DNA of 64,000 nucleotides, from positions 160,001 through 224,000 of the forward strand of contig CAWJQI010000001.1 of assembly GCA_963845085.1 (NCBI GenBank), in the 5' to 3' direction. Both the position numbers and the translations under genes were made by a program. Below, in pieces: positions 1 through 8,263 of the stretch. The stretch comes from Candidatus Fermentibacterota bacterium (GTDB lineage: Bacteria > Fermentibacterota > Fermentibacteria > Fermentibacterales > JCC-6). The notes under the pieces are model-generated. The model saw only the letters and a program-made list of their open reading frames with translations. It was not told where the DNA came from and did no database searches. Numbering within the stretch: the first letter of the stretch is position 1; each line of letters opens with the position of its first letter.

Positions 1-100
1 TATAACCGATTCGCAGCGCTTCATTGATGCAGGAGTTCAGCACGGGAAGGCGCGCACGAACCTGAAGAAGACCCGAATCGCTGGAAAAGTACCTCTTCAA
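1..100 (-). CDS. Possible 5' end of a CDS running off the window (MKRYFSSDSGLLQVRARLPVLNSCINEALRIGY...)
   Basis: Open frame from a TTG at 100 to the window edge, with AT-rich promoter-like DNA upstream; no family recognised. Confidence 0.3.
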   Translation of the reverse strand, partial: MKRYFSSDSGLLQVRARLPVLNSCINEALRIGY

Positions 101-326
101 CCTTGATTTGTCCTATTTTCGATTTTATTTAATATGTAAACTGCTGCTTCTTCCAATCCCATGATTCATGGCTCACAAATGGGGTGCCGGATCCGAACGT
201 GTCACAGCACTGTATGTATCTATTCTTATTATGGGCAGTTGATACTCATCCCACATCAAGAGGGGCACTCCTCCCCCGTTGACCTGCCCCGGGATTGGCC
301 GCATTATCCAACATGGAGGTGACGGC

Positions 327-713
327 ATGGAATTTTTTCTTGCTCTTTTTCTTTTCTTCTCCTCCTCCCCTCCCCTCTTGGAAGTGGAGGACTCCCTCGA
401 AAGGGGGGCGACCGCCCTGTACACGGTCTCCCTTCAGGAAGGGACCGAGTACTGGCTTGTGCTGGAGGTGATGAGCGAAGATGTCGAGGCGAACTTCGAT
501 GTGATCGTGGCTGGCCGTGAGATGAACCTCGAGCAGTTCATGCAGCTGCCTTACCGGGAGGATTTCGAGTACGCGCGCACGCACATCTGCGCCTCGGGCA
601 CGGAACCCGGTGGAGAGAGCTTCACCCTGTCGGCTCTCTACACGGGTGTCTACTACATAGTCGTTCACGATTCGGGTCAACGGGGCGGCTCGTTCCGGCT
701 GAAGCTTCAATAG
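327..713 (+). CDS. Small secreted protein with a PPC-like beta-sandwich
   Basis: GGAGGTG SD before ATG 327; hydrophobic N-terminus; C-terminal TGVYYIVV...GSFRLKL pattern typical of PPC domains; TTGACC-17-CATTAT promoter at 279-307. Confidence 0.6.
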   Translation: MEFFLALFLFFSSSPPLLEVEDSLERGATALYTVSLQEGTEYWLVLEVMSEDVEANFDVIVAGREMNLEQFMQLPYREDFEYARTHICASGTEPGGESFTLSALYTGVYYIVVHDSGQRGGSFRLKLQ

Positions 714-720
714 CCTCGAG

Positions 721-2037
721 ATGCCCAGGGATTTCACCGTTCTGGAACTGAACAGGGCAGCCGGTGAAATGCTGTCCATGGCCTTCCCCGAGCCCGTATG
801 GGTTCGGGGTGTCGTATCCGTCGGCAAACAGGGCAACAGCACCGGACACACCTATTTTCAACTGGCCGATCCATGCCCCGAGGGTGGACAGACCGCAGCG
901 GCTGCGGACTGCGCCCTGTTCGCCGGCGACAGGATCAGGATCGCACGGGAAGTCGGCAGGCAGGGCGTGGTTTTCATGCTCGAGGACGGCATGGAGGCGC
1001 GTTTTCAGGTCAGCCCCAACATCTACGAAAGAAACGGAAGATTCACGTACATCGTGAGGGGGTTCGATCCGGAGTACACGGGATCGGCTTCCGCACTGCA
1101 TTTGAAGAATCTTGTCGAGAAGCTGCGGCGAGAAGGCGTACTCGAAGAGAACGGAACTCTCCCGTTCCCTCTCGTACCGCTCAGGGTCGGCCTAGTCACC
1201 GCTGAGAACTCGGCAGCCGAGGAGGACTTCCTCCAAACCCTCAGGGAAAGCAATTACCCGTTCGAGGTATTTGCTTCCTGGTCGCCGATGCAGGGTGAAG
1301 GCACCGCCAATGGCGTTGCGGGTGCGCTCGTGAGACTCATCGGTGTTCAGGGGCTGGATGTTGCCGTTCTCACCAGGGGGGGAGGAAGCACCACCGACCT
1401 TGCGTGGTTCAACGATGAGAGGATCGCCAGAACCATCGCCCAGCTGCCCTTCCCGGTGATCTCCGCCATCGGCCACGAGATCGACATGACTCTGCCTGAT
1501 TTTGCAGCCCACACCAGGGCGAAAACCCCGACACATGCGGCGATGATCCTGGTCGACCGGGTGGCCGCCTTCTGTGATTCACTCGAGGATGCCGCATTGC
1601 GCCTCCAGAGGTCGGCAAGCCCCAGGATCACGCAGGAAAGGCGCGAGCTCGGGCGGCTGCTTTCGTCTCTCGCGGAAAGGGCGGAGCGGCCGTCGCTTCG
1701 TCTCACGGGGATTATCTCGCGTGCCACAGCCCTCATCCAGGGAAGGGTGCTGCCCCGGGTTTCCGGCCAGCACAGGCGTATCGACCAGCTTGCATCGAGG
1801 GTGAGCGGGCAGGCCTCATCCCGACTCACGGAACGGTCGGCACGGCTCGATGGCCTTGAGACCGTCGTTGCCCGGCGGGACCCGGAGAGGATGCTTGCAC
1901 TCGGCTGGGCACTGGCCACCGACTCCGGGGGGAGAATCATCGCGTCGGTCGGTTCGATCGGCCGGGATGACCGTGTTTCGATAAGGCTATCAGATGGAAG
2001 GCTTCAAACGAGGGTGGAAAAGGTGGAGAAGAATTGA
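721..2037 (+). CDS. xseA: Exodeoxyribonuclease VII large subunit
   Basis: OB-fold start VWVRG..GHTYFQL; RGGGSTTDLAWFN; SAIGHEIDMTLPDFAA..RAKTPT. Confidence 0.95.
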   Translation: MPRDFTVLELNRAAGEMLSMAFPEPVWVRGVVSVGKQGNSTGHTYFQLADPCPEGGQTAAAADCALFAGDRIRIAREVGRQGVVFMLEDGMEARFQVSPNIYERNGRFTYIVRGFDPEYTGSASALHLKNLVEKLRREGVLEENGTLPFPLVPLRVGLVTAENSAAEEDFLQTLRESNYPFEVFASWSPMQGEGTANGVAGALVRLIGVQGLDVAVLTRGGGSTTDLAWFNDERIARTIAQLPFPVISAIGHEIDMTLPDFAAHTRAKTPTHAAMILVDRVAAFCDSLEDAALRLQRSASPRITQERRELGRLLSSLAERAERPSLRLTGIISRATALIQGRVLPRVSGQHRRIDQLASRVSGQASSRLTERSARLDGLETVVARRDPERMLALGWALATDSGGRIIASVGSIGRDDRVSIRLSDGRLQTRVEKVEKN

Positions 2038-2240
2038 AGGCCAAGAATCTGTCTTACGCGGAGATGATGGATGAACTCACCAGGCTGGTGGACGAGGTCG
2101 GTCGTGAGGACTGCCCTGTCGACGGTCTGGAAACCAGGGTGGCGAGGGCAGCCGAACTGATAAGGCTTCTGCGGGAAAGGCTCAAGGCCACCGAGGTTGC
2201 CGTCAGGAGCGTTCTTTCGAACCTTGATTCATCCGAGTAG
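2034..2240 (+). CDS. xseB: Exodeoxyribonuclease VII small subunit
   Basis: 68 aa, LSYAEMMDEL helix pattern, 4-nt overlap with xseA. Confidence 0.88.
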   Translation: MKAKNLSYAEMMDELTRLVDEVGREDCPVDGLETRVARAAELIRLLRERLKATEVAVRSVLSNLDSSE

Positions 2241-3221
2241 GGTCACAACCCGGCGCACCACTTCATCAGGATCGGGATTGACCAGGGAAACGGACCGGGG
2301 TGAGAGCGGCCCGAACCTCACGTGGTTGTCTTTCCTGAACAGCGCCACAACGGGAACCCCCATTGCCGAGGCCACATGCATCGGACCACTGTCGGGACAG
2401 ACAAGCAGCGCAAGTCCCGAAACCCTGCGGGCGAAACCGGTGAGCCCCAACGGAGGGATCCTGACGCCCCCGCAGCCTGAGAGGACCTCTGCGAGCCCCT
2501 CTTCATGACGGTTTCCAGAGAACACCTCGACGGGGGCAAGGTCGGCGCACTTTCCGACAACCTCCTGCATGAATTCGACAGGAAACGCCTTCTCCCCCTT
2601 CGCGCCGGGGTGAATCCCGATCACCCTTCTTCCGGGCTCCTTCGGAAGGGACAGCGCTGGCGGTCGCCATGACGGCCAGTCCGGCCATACCGCCCCGATG
2701 GCATGCAACGCCATGCTTTCGTGCTGATCACGGCCGGGCATGGATGACGGACAGTGGTTGTACCAACCCGGCGAGGCGCCGACCGGTGACCCGACACGAT
2801 GCGGACAACCCGTGAGCGCGGTGATCACAGCCGAGGAGAGCGAAAAGCCGTGCGGATGTGAAGCGTCGATCACCACGTCGAACCTGTGCGCCCTCAGACC
2901 GCGAACCAGGGCGGCAAGCATCCAAGGCCTTCTGGCCATGGCTTTCTTCTCGACAGGAATGATCTCCCACCCCTGCTCCCCGAGTATTGACTGAAAGACG
3001 GTGCTTGCGAGGACGCTGACAACCGCAGCCGGAAAACGCTCCCTCAGAGCATTCAGAAGGGATGTGAGCATCACGAGGTTGCCCAGGCGGTTGTCAGTCC
3101 TGACAACAAGGATCCGGCCGGGTTGCGAAGGCAGCGGTCCGGCTGCCGCTGCAGGAAGGAGCCTTCTTGCGGGAGCCTCGAGAACCCGGCGACCCCAGAG
3201 CTCAAAACCCTTCAGACTCAC
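2229..3221 (-). CDS. Glycosyltransferase family 9 (LPS heptosyltransferase-like)
   Basis: ILVVRTDNRLGNLVM; IHPGAK; PDSGPMHVASAMGVPVVALF. Confidence 0.9.
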   Translation of the reverse strand: MSLKGFELWGRRVLEAPARRLLPAAAAGPLPSQPGRILVVRTDNRLGNLVMLTSLLNALRERFPAAVVSVLASTVFQSILGEQGWEIIPVEKKAMARRPWMLAALVRGLRAHRFDVVIDASHPHGFSLSSAVITALTGCPHRVGSPVGASPGWYNHCPSSMPGRDQHESMALHAIGAVWPDWPSWRPPALSLPKEPGRRVIGIHPGAKGEKAFPVEFMQEVVGKCADLAPVEVFSGNRHEEGLAEVLSGCGGVRIPPLGLTGFARRVSGLALLVCPDSGPMHVASAMGVPVVALFRKDNHVRFGPLSPRSVSLVNPDPDEVVRRVVTLLG

Positions 3222-4498
3222 GCGCGCTCCCCGTGATGTGTCCAGCCGTCGGCACGCGCGATCCTTGCATCGATGAATTCACCGGGCACCGCATCAGCGT
3301 CCCGGATCACCACGGTCCGGTTGCCGGGTGTTCTGCCCAGTAGCTGCCCTTCAAGGGTTCCGGCACCTGTGACCAGAACTGGAAGCACCCTTCCGACAAG
3401 TGCCGCCGATTTCTCCCTGGTGATGGCGTTCTGGACTGCCTGCAGCGCGTAAAGCCTTCTCAGCCTTTCCTGAACGGGAACGGACCCGGGCATTTCAGCC
3501 GCCCTTGTACCCTTTCTCTCGCTGTACCGGAACAGAAAGCCGTAGTCGTACCGAACCTCGGAGAGAAGTGACAGACTTTCCGAAAAATCTGACTCGGTCT
3601 CCCCGGGAAAACCGGCTATCATGTCGGTGGAGAGAACGATTTCCGGGATGGCGCGCCTTATCATTGCCACCTTTTCCAGATAACCCTGTCGGGTGTAGCC
3701 CCGGTTCATCCCGGTGAGAACGGTATCACTTCCTGCCTGGACCGGCAGGTGAAGGGCGTTGCAAATGTTCCCGTGGCGGGCCATCACTTCGATCAGCCCT
3801 ATGCTCAGGTCTCTGGGATGGCTTGTGACGAACCTGACCCAGGCGGGGCGCGCAGCGCGTGCCACCTGGTCGAGAAGCTGCGGAAAGGCGGTTTCACCGG
3901 CTGTGAAGGAATTGACGTTCTGGCCGAGGAGAGTGATCTCCCGGTACCCCGCCTCGACGAGCCCAGCCACTTCCCGAAGGATCGCCGCCGGTTCCCTGCT
4001 TCTCTCCCTCCCCCTCACATAGGGCACGATGCAGTAGCTGCAGAAGTTGTCGCAGCCCCTGGTGACTGTGATGAAGGCCCTCGGGAACATGTTTCTGACA
4101 GATGAGCGGCCCTCGTAGTCATCGATCCCCTGTTCCACCAGGGCAATCCTCCCGCCCGATGCGAGAAGCTCCGGCAGCCTGTGGTACCCGTCGGGGCCCA
4201 CCACGATGTCGATCTGCGGAAACCTGTCGATGAGCCCGGCCCCGTGTTCCTGAGCCACACAGCCACAAATGACGACCTGCGGCTTCCTGTCCCGGCGGCA
4301 CCCCGCGAGCTGGGTAGCCCTGCCGAGAGCCCTCACCTCGGCCCTCTCCCTCACGGCGCAGGTAACCACAAGAACGGCATCGGCGTCACCCGGACCGGAT
4401 GCCTTCACGTAGCCGGATGAGAGGAGTATCCCCTCGATAAGCTCGGCATCCCTGACGTTCATCTGGCAGCCGTAGACCTCGATGTGGTAACTGGCCAT
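3218..4498 (-). CDS. miaB: tRNA-2-methylthio-N6-dimethylallyladenosine synthase
   Basis: YGCQMN, radical SAM motif GCDNFCSYCIVPYVRG, LLGQNVNS, C-terminal TRAM domain. Confidence 0.93.
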   Translation of the reverse strand: MASYHIEVYGCQMNVRDAELIEGILLSSGYVKASGPGDADAVLVVTCAVRERAEVRALGRATQLAGCRRDRKPQVVICGCVAQEHGAGLIDRFPQIDIVVGPDGYHRLPELLASGGRIALVEQGIDDYEGRSSVRNMFPRAFITVTRGCDNFCSYCIVPYVRGRERSREPAAILREVAGLVEAGYREITLLGQNVNSFTAGETAFPQLLDQVARAARPAWVRFVTSHPRDLSIGLIEVMARHGNICNALHLPVQAGSDTVLTGMNRGYTRQGYLEKVAMIRRAIPEIVLSTDMIAGFPGETESDFSESLSLLSEVRYDYGFLFRYSERKGTRAAEMPGSVPVQERLRRLYALQAVQNAITREKSAALVGRVLPVLVTGAGTLEGQLLGRTPGNRTVVIRDADAVPGEFIDARIARADGWTHHGERA

Positions 4499-4505
4499 CA
4501 GGATG

Positions 4506-5108
4506 TCATCCGGGAATGGTGAATTCCATCACCAGCCCGGCGAAAATGGGGATGCGGAGGTTGTCGTCGAGGGGAATGTCGACAAGCTCGGCAAGGGCCG
4601 CTGCAACGCTGCCGGCGAGAAGACCGCCGGGGGTCAGTACCCATCCAAGCTGCCCGTTCAGATACAGCAGGAGCCAGGATGCGCCGAGGCAGGCCACCAG
4701 TGCTGAGAGGCTTCCCTCGAGAGTCCTGCCCCCGACAAGGGGCGTCACGCCGAAGTGCCTTCCGACGAGGGCTGCGAAACTGTCACCGAGGCTGAGAAAA
4801 ACAAGCGACGCAACCGCAATTTCCGTTCGGAACACCATTATCGTCAGAGCCGCGCTGGCAAGCACGATCGTTGAGGCTGTCATGCCGCCCTCCTGCTCCT
4901 TCGGGCGCAGCATCCTGCCGAAAACCGCCAGAAAGAGCTTCCTGAACACCTCGTTCCTGGCTCTGAGCAGGTCTATCAACAGGAGAAACAGCGCCGCAGC
5001 ACACAGAAGGAGCACCATGTCGGTGCGATTCACGAAAACTGCGGCGACCGGTATCACTACTGAAGCGACATGAACGGCTTTTCTGAGGATTTCCTCTACA
5101 AGGGGCAT
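4506..5108 (-). CDS. Dolichol/phytol kinase-like CTP-dependent membrane kinase
   Basis: RKAVH; GDSFAALVGRHFG; RTLEGS; DDNLRIP. Confidence 0.85.
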   Translation of the reverse strand: MPLVEEILRKAVHVASVVIPVAAVFVNRTDMVLLLCAAALFLLLIDLLRARNEVFRKLFLAVFGRMLRPKEQEGGMTASTIVLASAALTIMVFRTEIAVASLVFLSLGDSFAALVGRHFGVTPLVGGRTLEGSLSALVACLGASWLLLYLNGQLGWVLTPGGLLAGSVAAALAELVDIPLDDNLRIPIFAGLVMEFTIPG

Positions 5109-5119
5109 GCTGTCCGGTT

Positions 5120-6202
5120 TCAGAAACCGATTCCCACGCTGAACCTGTGGGTGTTCTCCAACTCGTCGTGGCCGAGCCAGGCGTAATCGAGCGAGACAGG
5201 CTTCCCGAAGAGACCTATCTTTAGACCGATGCCGGCCGTCATGTTGCCCTCGCTCGACCCCAGCCTCAGTCCGACGGTGTCACGGATGAGAAGCTCCAAC
5301 CCGGCCCTGGTGTCGAGGCTGATGTCGCCCCGGCTGTACTGGGCCGAGTACTCCCTGCCCTCGAACCTGAAATCGCCGTCGAGACCGAAGGTGAGCACCG
5401 ATGAGAACTTGCTTATGGGCAGCGAGAAAGCGGCGCCGATCTTCGCAGTGGGATTGACTACCTCGCTGTGGCCATTGTTCCAGAAAAGGTGTGTCCCGGT
5501 GATGTCCTGAAGATTCATGCCGAGGGAGAAGGAGTCGGTGGCCCTCCACAAAAGGGCTGCATCAAGCCCCAGCCCCCAGGCGCTGTAGTCCATGAGGTCG
5601 CGGTAGACCATCTTCACGTTCGCGCCGATGGACAGGTCGTCGGACAGGGGGCGCGACCATGACAGGTAGAGCACGTTGTCTGAAGCGCTCTGCCAGGTTA
5701 TGAGGCCCTCGTCGTATATGATCTCCTCGCCGGGGTCCCACTCGCCGTTGCCCTCGGTGCCGCCGGGGTTGGTGTCGGGCTGGTAGTCGTCGTTTCCGGA
5801 ATCGCCCGGCTCCCCCGTACCGTCATCACCGAACACGCCGTCGGCCCCGCTGTCGTACCATTCAAGATCGTTCGTATTGGCAATGCTGCCGAGGTCGGTG
5901 CGGAAGAGCGATGCACCCACGGCATCGCCGCCGAGTTTCCTGGTGTAGGACAGATAGTCGTAGGCAATGAGCCCGCCGAACCTTTCGGAGTGCATGAAGG
6001 CAGCGTTCTGGCCCGAGGTGCCGGACAGGCCGGCCGGATTCCAGTACCCGGCAGTAGCGTCATCGCTTGTGGCGACGAACGCACCGCCCATTCCGAGTGC
6101 CCTCGCCCCGGCGCCGACATACATGAACTCACCGGCATACTTGGCGCCGAAAGCCTGGCTGAAGGCCAGCAGGATCAATGAGGCCGTCATAAGTGTCTTC
6201 AA
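5120..6202 (-). CDS. PorV/UPF0164-family outer-membrane beta-barrel (T9SS shuttle-like)
   Basis: Signal peptide; GARALGMGGAFVA..DDATAGYWNPAGL; C-terminal THRFSVGIGF beta-signal. Confidence 0.85.
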   Translation of the reverse strand: MKTLMTASLILLAFSQAFGAKYAGEFMYVGAGARALGMGGAFVATSDDATAGYWNPAGLSGTSGQNAAFMHSERFGGLIAYDYLSYTRKLGGDAVGASLFRTDLGSIANTNDLEWYDSGADGVFGDDGTGEPGDSGNDDYQPDTNPGGTEGNGEWDPGEEIIYDEGLITWQSASDNVLYLSWSRPLSDDLSIGANVKMVYRDLMDYSAWGLGLDAALLWRATDSFSLGMNLQDITGTHLFWNNGHSEVVNPTAKIGAAFSLPISKFSSVLTFGLDGDFRFEGREYSAQYSRGDISLDTRAGLELLIRDTVGLRLGSSEGNMTAGIGLKIGLFGKPVSLDYAWLGHDELENTHRFSVGIGF

Positions 6203-6540
6203 AACGTGCTCCCGTCGACCAGGTCACTGATAAGCTTTCTGTCCTCGAGGCTGATACGCGTGTAGAAAAGCCCGACCCCCCACTCGCCGCCAGGCTGTTC
6301 CTCTTCCCGGATCACGACAGCCCTTGCCTCGATCTCGGCTTCGGGAAGTCTCATGACGACATCGACCCGTGTGAGATCTCCCAGCGGTGCGGCGCAGATG
6401 CAATACAAACCGGATGCGCTGATGTTGAGGGCGGTAACTGGAAGCATGGGCATGCCCGGAGTGCTCAGAAAAACCTCAACTTCGCCGGCGCTCCGTTTCT
6501 CGGTCCGCCGTTCGGAATGGATCAGAGCATCCTCGTTCAT
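6199..6540 (-). CDS. PilZ-domain (c-di-GMP-binding) protein
   Basis: ERRTEKR (RxxxR) and NISASG motifs. Confidence 0.85.
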   Translation of the reverse strand: MNEDALIHSERRTEKRSAGEVEVFLSTPGMPMLPVTALNISASGLYCICAAPLGDLTRVDVVMRLPEAEIEARAVVIREEEQPGGEWGVGLFYTRISLEDRKLISDLVDGSTF

Positions 6541-6796
6541 ATCGATTTCTACCTCGGTGCTGAGTTAATGGTTCCCTTGCATCCCGCGAAAGCAGATACA
6601 AATATAAGGAACACACTCCGGTAAGTCATAACAGCACGATCGGCCGCAAAGTGCCGAACCGTCCACCCCCGCATTGCGGAAAAATATGCATTCCCGTATG
6701 TTCCGCAAGGTCAATCTTGACAGTTGGTTTGTTTTGTCGAAGTATACGGCTGTATGCCGGGGTCCGGCTTCTCAACACCAATGAAAGAGGGGAAAC

Positions 6797-7159
6797 ATGA
6801 ACGAGTTCAATATCAGCCCCAAGGAGATCGAAGAGGGCAAGACCATGGGCGGCGTCGCCTACATCACATGGATCGGTCTGCTCATCGCCTTCATCACCGG
6901 GAAAGAAAACCGCTACGTCATGTACCATGTCCAGCAGGCTCTCATCGTTCTTCTTTTCGCCCTGCTCACCCCCATCCCGGTACTCGGCTGGATCATCGGC
7001 GTCTGCTGCCTTGTCTTCGCAATCATCGGCCTTCTCAACGGCTTCGGCGGCAAAGTCAAGCCGGTTCCCGTAATCGGAACCATCGGCTACAAGTTCAACC
7101 TTGTTAAGCCCGCCGCTTCCACTGCCTCCCAGACCCCCGGCACGCCGGATGTCGAATAA
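6797..7159 (+). CDS. DUF4870-like small membrane protein
   Basis: EEGKTMGGVAYI..YHVQQAL..IPVLGWI..PVPVIG pattern; GAGGGG SD. Confidence 0.8.
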   Translation: MNEFNISPKEIEEGKTMGGVAYITWIGLLIAFITGKENRYVMYHVQQALIVLLFALLTPIPVLGWIIGVCCLVFAIIGLLNGFGGKVKPVPVIGTIGYKFNLVKPAASTASQTPGTPDVE

Positions 7160-7180
7160 CTGATACCTGTCTGTGATCAC

Positions 7181-7205
7181 AGGGGCGGCTTCTGCCGCCC
7201 CTTTT
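7181..7205 (+). terminator. Intrinsic terminator between convergent genes
   Basis: AGGGGCGGC-TTCT-GCCGCCCCT followed by TTT. Confidence 0.8.
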
Positions 7206-8263
7206 CATTGCCCCTGCGGCCATGCGGGTATCGTCAGCGGAAGACAGGTCACACCCTCCCCGCGCTCAAGAATGGCGGCAAGAGCAGCCCTCTCCTCCAC
7301 TCCCCTGCAGATGATCTGTGCCGATCCGTCGCCCTGGGAACCGACGCCCTTGCCGCCCCAGGCCAGCGTACGAAGCGCCGGTGAAGCGAGCACCCGGTGA
7401 AGGACTGGGGATGTCAGTTCGTCAGGGCAGGCCGGTGCGATCCGTTCGTCGAACAACCGCTGGGCTTCCACCATGAGTTCACCCAGCGCCCGGGGGTCGC
7501 CCTCTTCAAGAGCCCTGCACGCTGCAGCGTTGATCATGAGGTTTGCCGCTCCCAGAGCTGCCCTCAGCCGTTCGTCACCCCTGTCGAAGGCTGCATTGAG
7601 GTCCCGCAGGATCCTTTTCGTATCCTTTTCTCCGTGCAGGTCGACGATCAGGAAGTAAAAATCCCCGCCAGGCTGCAGCATCCGGGCATCCACCATGTCG
7701 CCCGCGAATGTGAGCAGCACCGGGCGCCCCTTTCCGTATGCGCATGCCTGGTCCATCCTTCCGCACTCGCTTCCGGTGAGAAGCTCGCCCCTGTACGCCA
7801 GGTCCATCTCCCTTTCAACAGAGAGCCCAAGACCCCAGGCGAGGTTGAAGGCCCTTGCGGTGAGCACGCATACCGCAGCGGATGAAGAAAGACCCTTCTT
7901 CAGCGGAAGAGTCCTTTCGATGACATCGAGATGAAGTCCCCGCGCACAGGTCTCTTCGATGACCAGGGCCGCAGTTCCGGCGGCGTACGCGTCGAACGAA
8001 CCGGATGCAGCCACCGCTCTCAAAAGATCCGGATCGGATGGATAGGTATTGAGTGCTCCCTGTCCGCCGTCAGCGGCCACCTGTCTTACGATGAAACAAC
8101 CCTCGACGGCTTCCGCGGTCCCGCGCAGACCCTGATCGGTCCCGGTGATCAGGCACATCCCGGGCTCGATGCCGGGATCGAAAAGCCTGCGCTTCCCCGC
8201 CCAGTCCGAGTGTTCACCGAAGAGGCAGAGCCTGCCCGGAACAAAAATGTCAGATGCCGTCAT
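7205..8263 (-). CDS. GHMP-family sugar kinase (galactokinase-like); alternative GTG start at 8269
   Basis: PGRLCLFGEHSDW; LPLKKGLSSSAA; GRMDQ; GKGVGSQGDG. Confidence 0.85.
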   Translation of the reverse strand: MTASDIFVPGRLCLFGEHSDWAGKRRLFDPGIEPGMCLITGTDQGLRGTAEAVEGCFIVRQVAADGGQGALNTYPSDPDLLRAVAASGSFDAYAAGTAALVIEETCARGLHLDVIERTLPLKKGLSSSAAVCVLTARAFNLAWGLGLSVEREMDLAYRGELLTGSECGRMDQACAYGKGRPVLLTFAGDMVDARMLQPGGDFYFLIVDLHGEKDTKRILRDLNAAFDRGDERLRAALGAANLMINAAACRALEEGDPRALGELMVEAQRLFDERIAPACPDELTSPVLHRVLASPALRTLAWGGKGVGSQGDGSAQIICRGVEERAALAAILERGEGVTCLPLTIPAWPQGQ

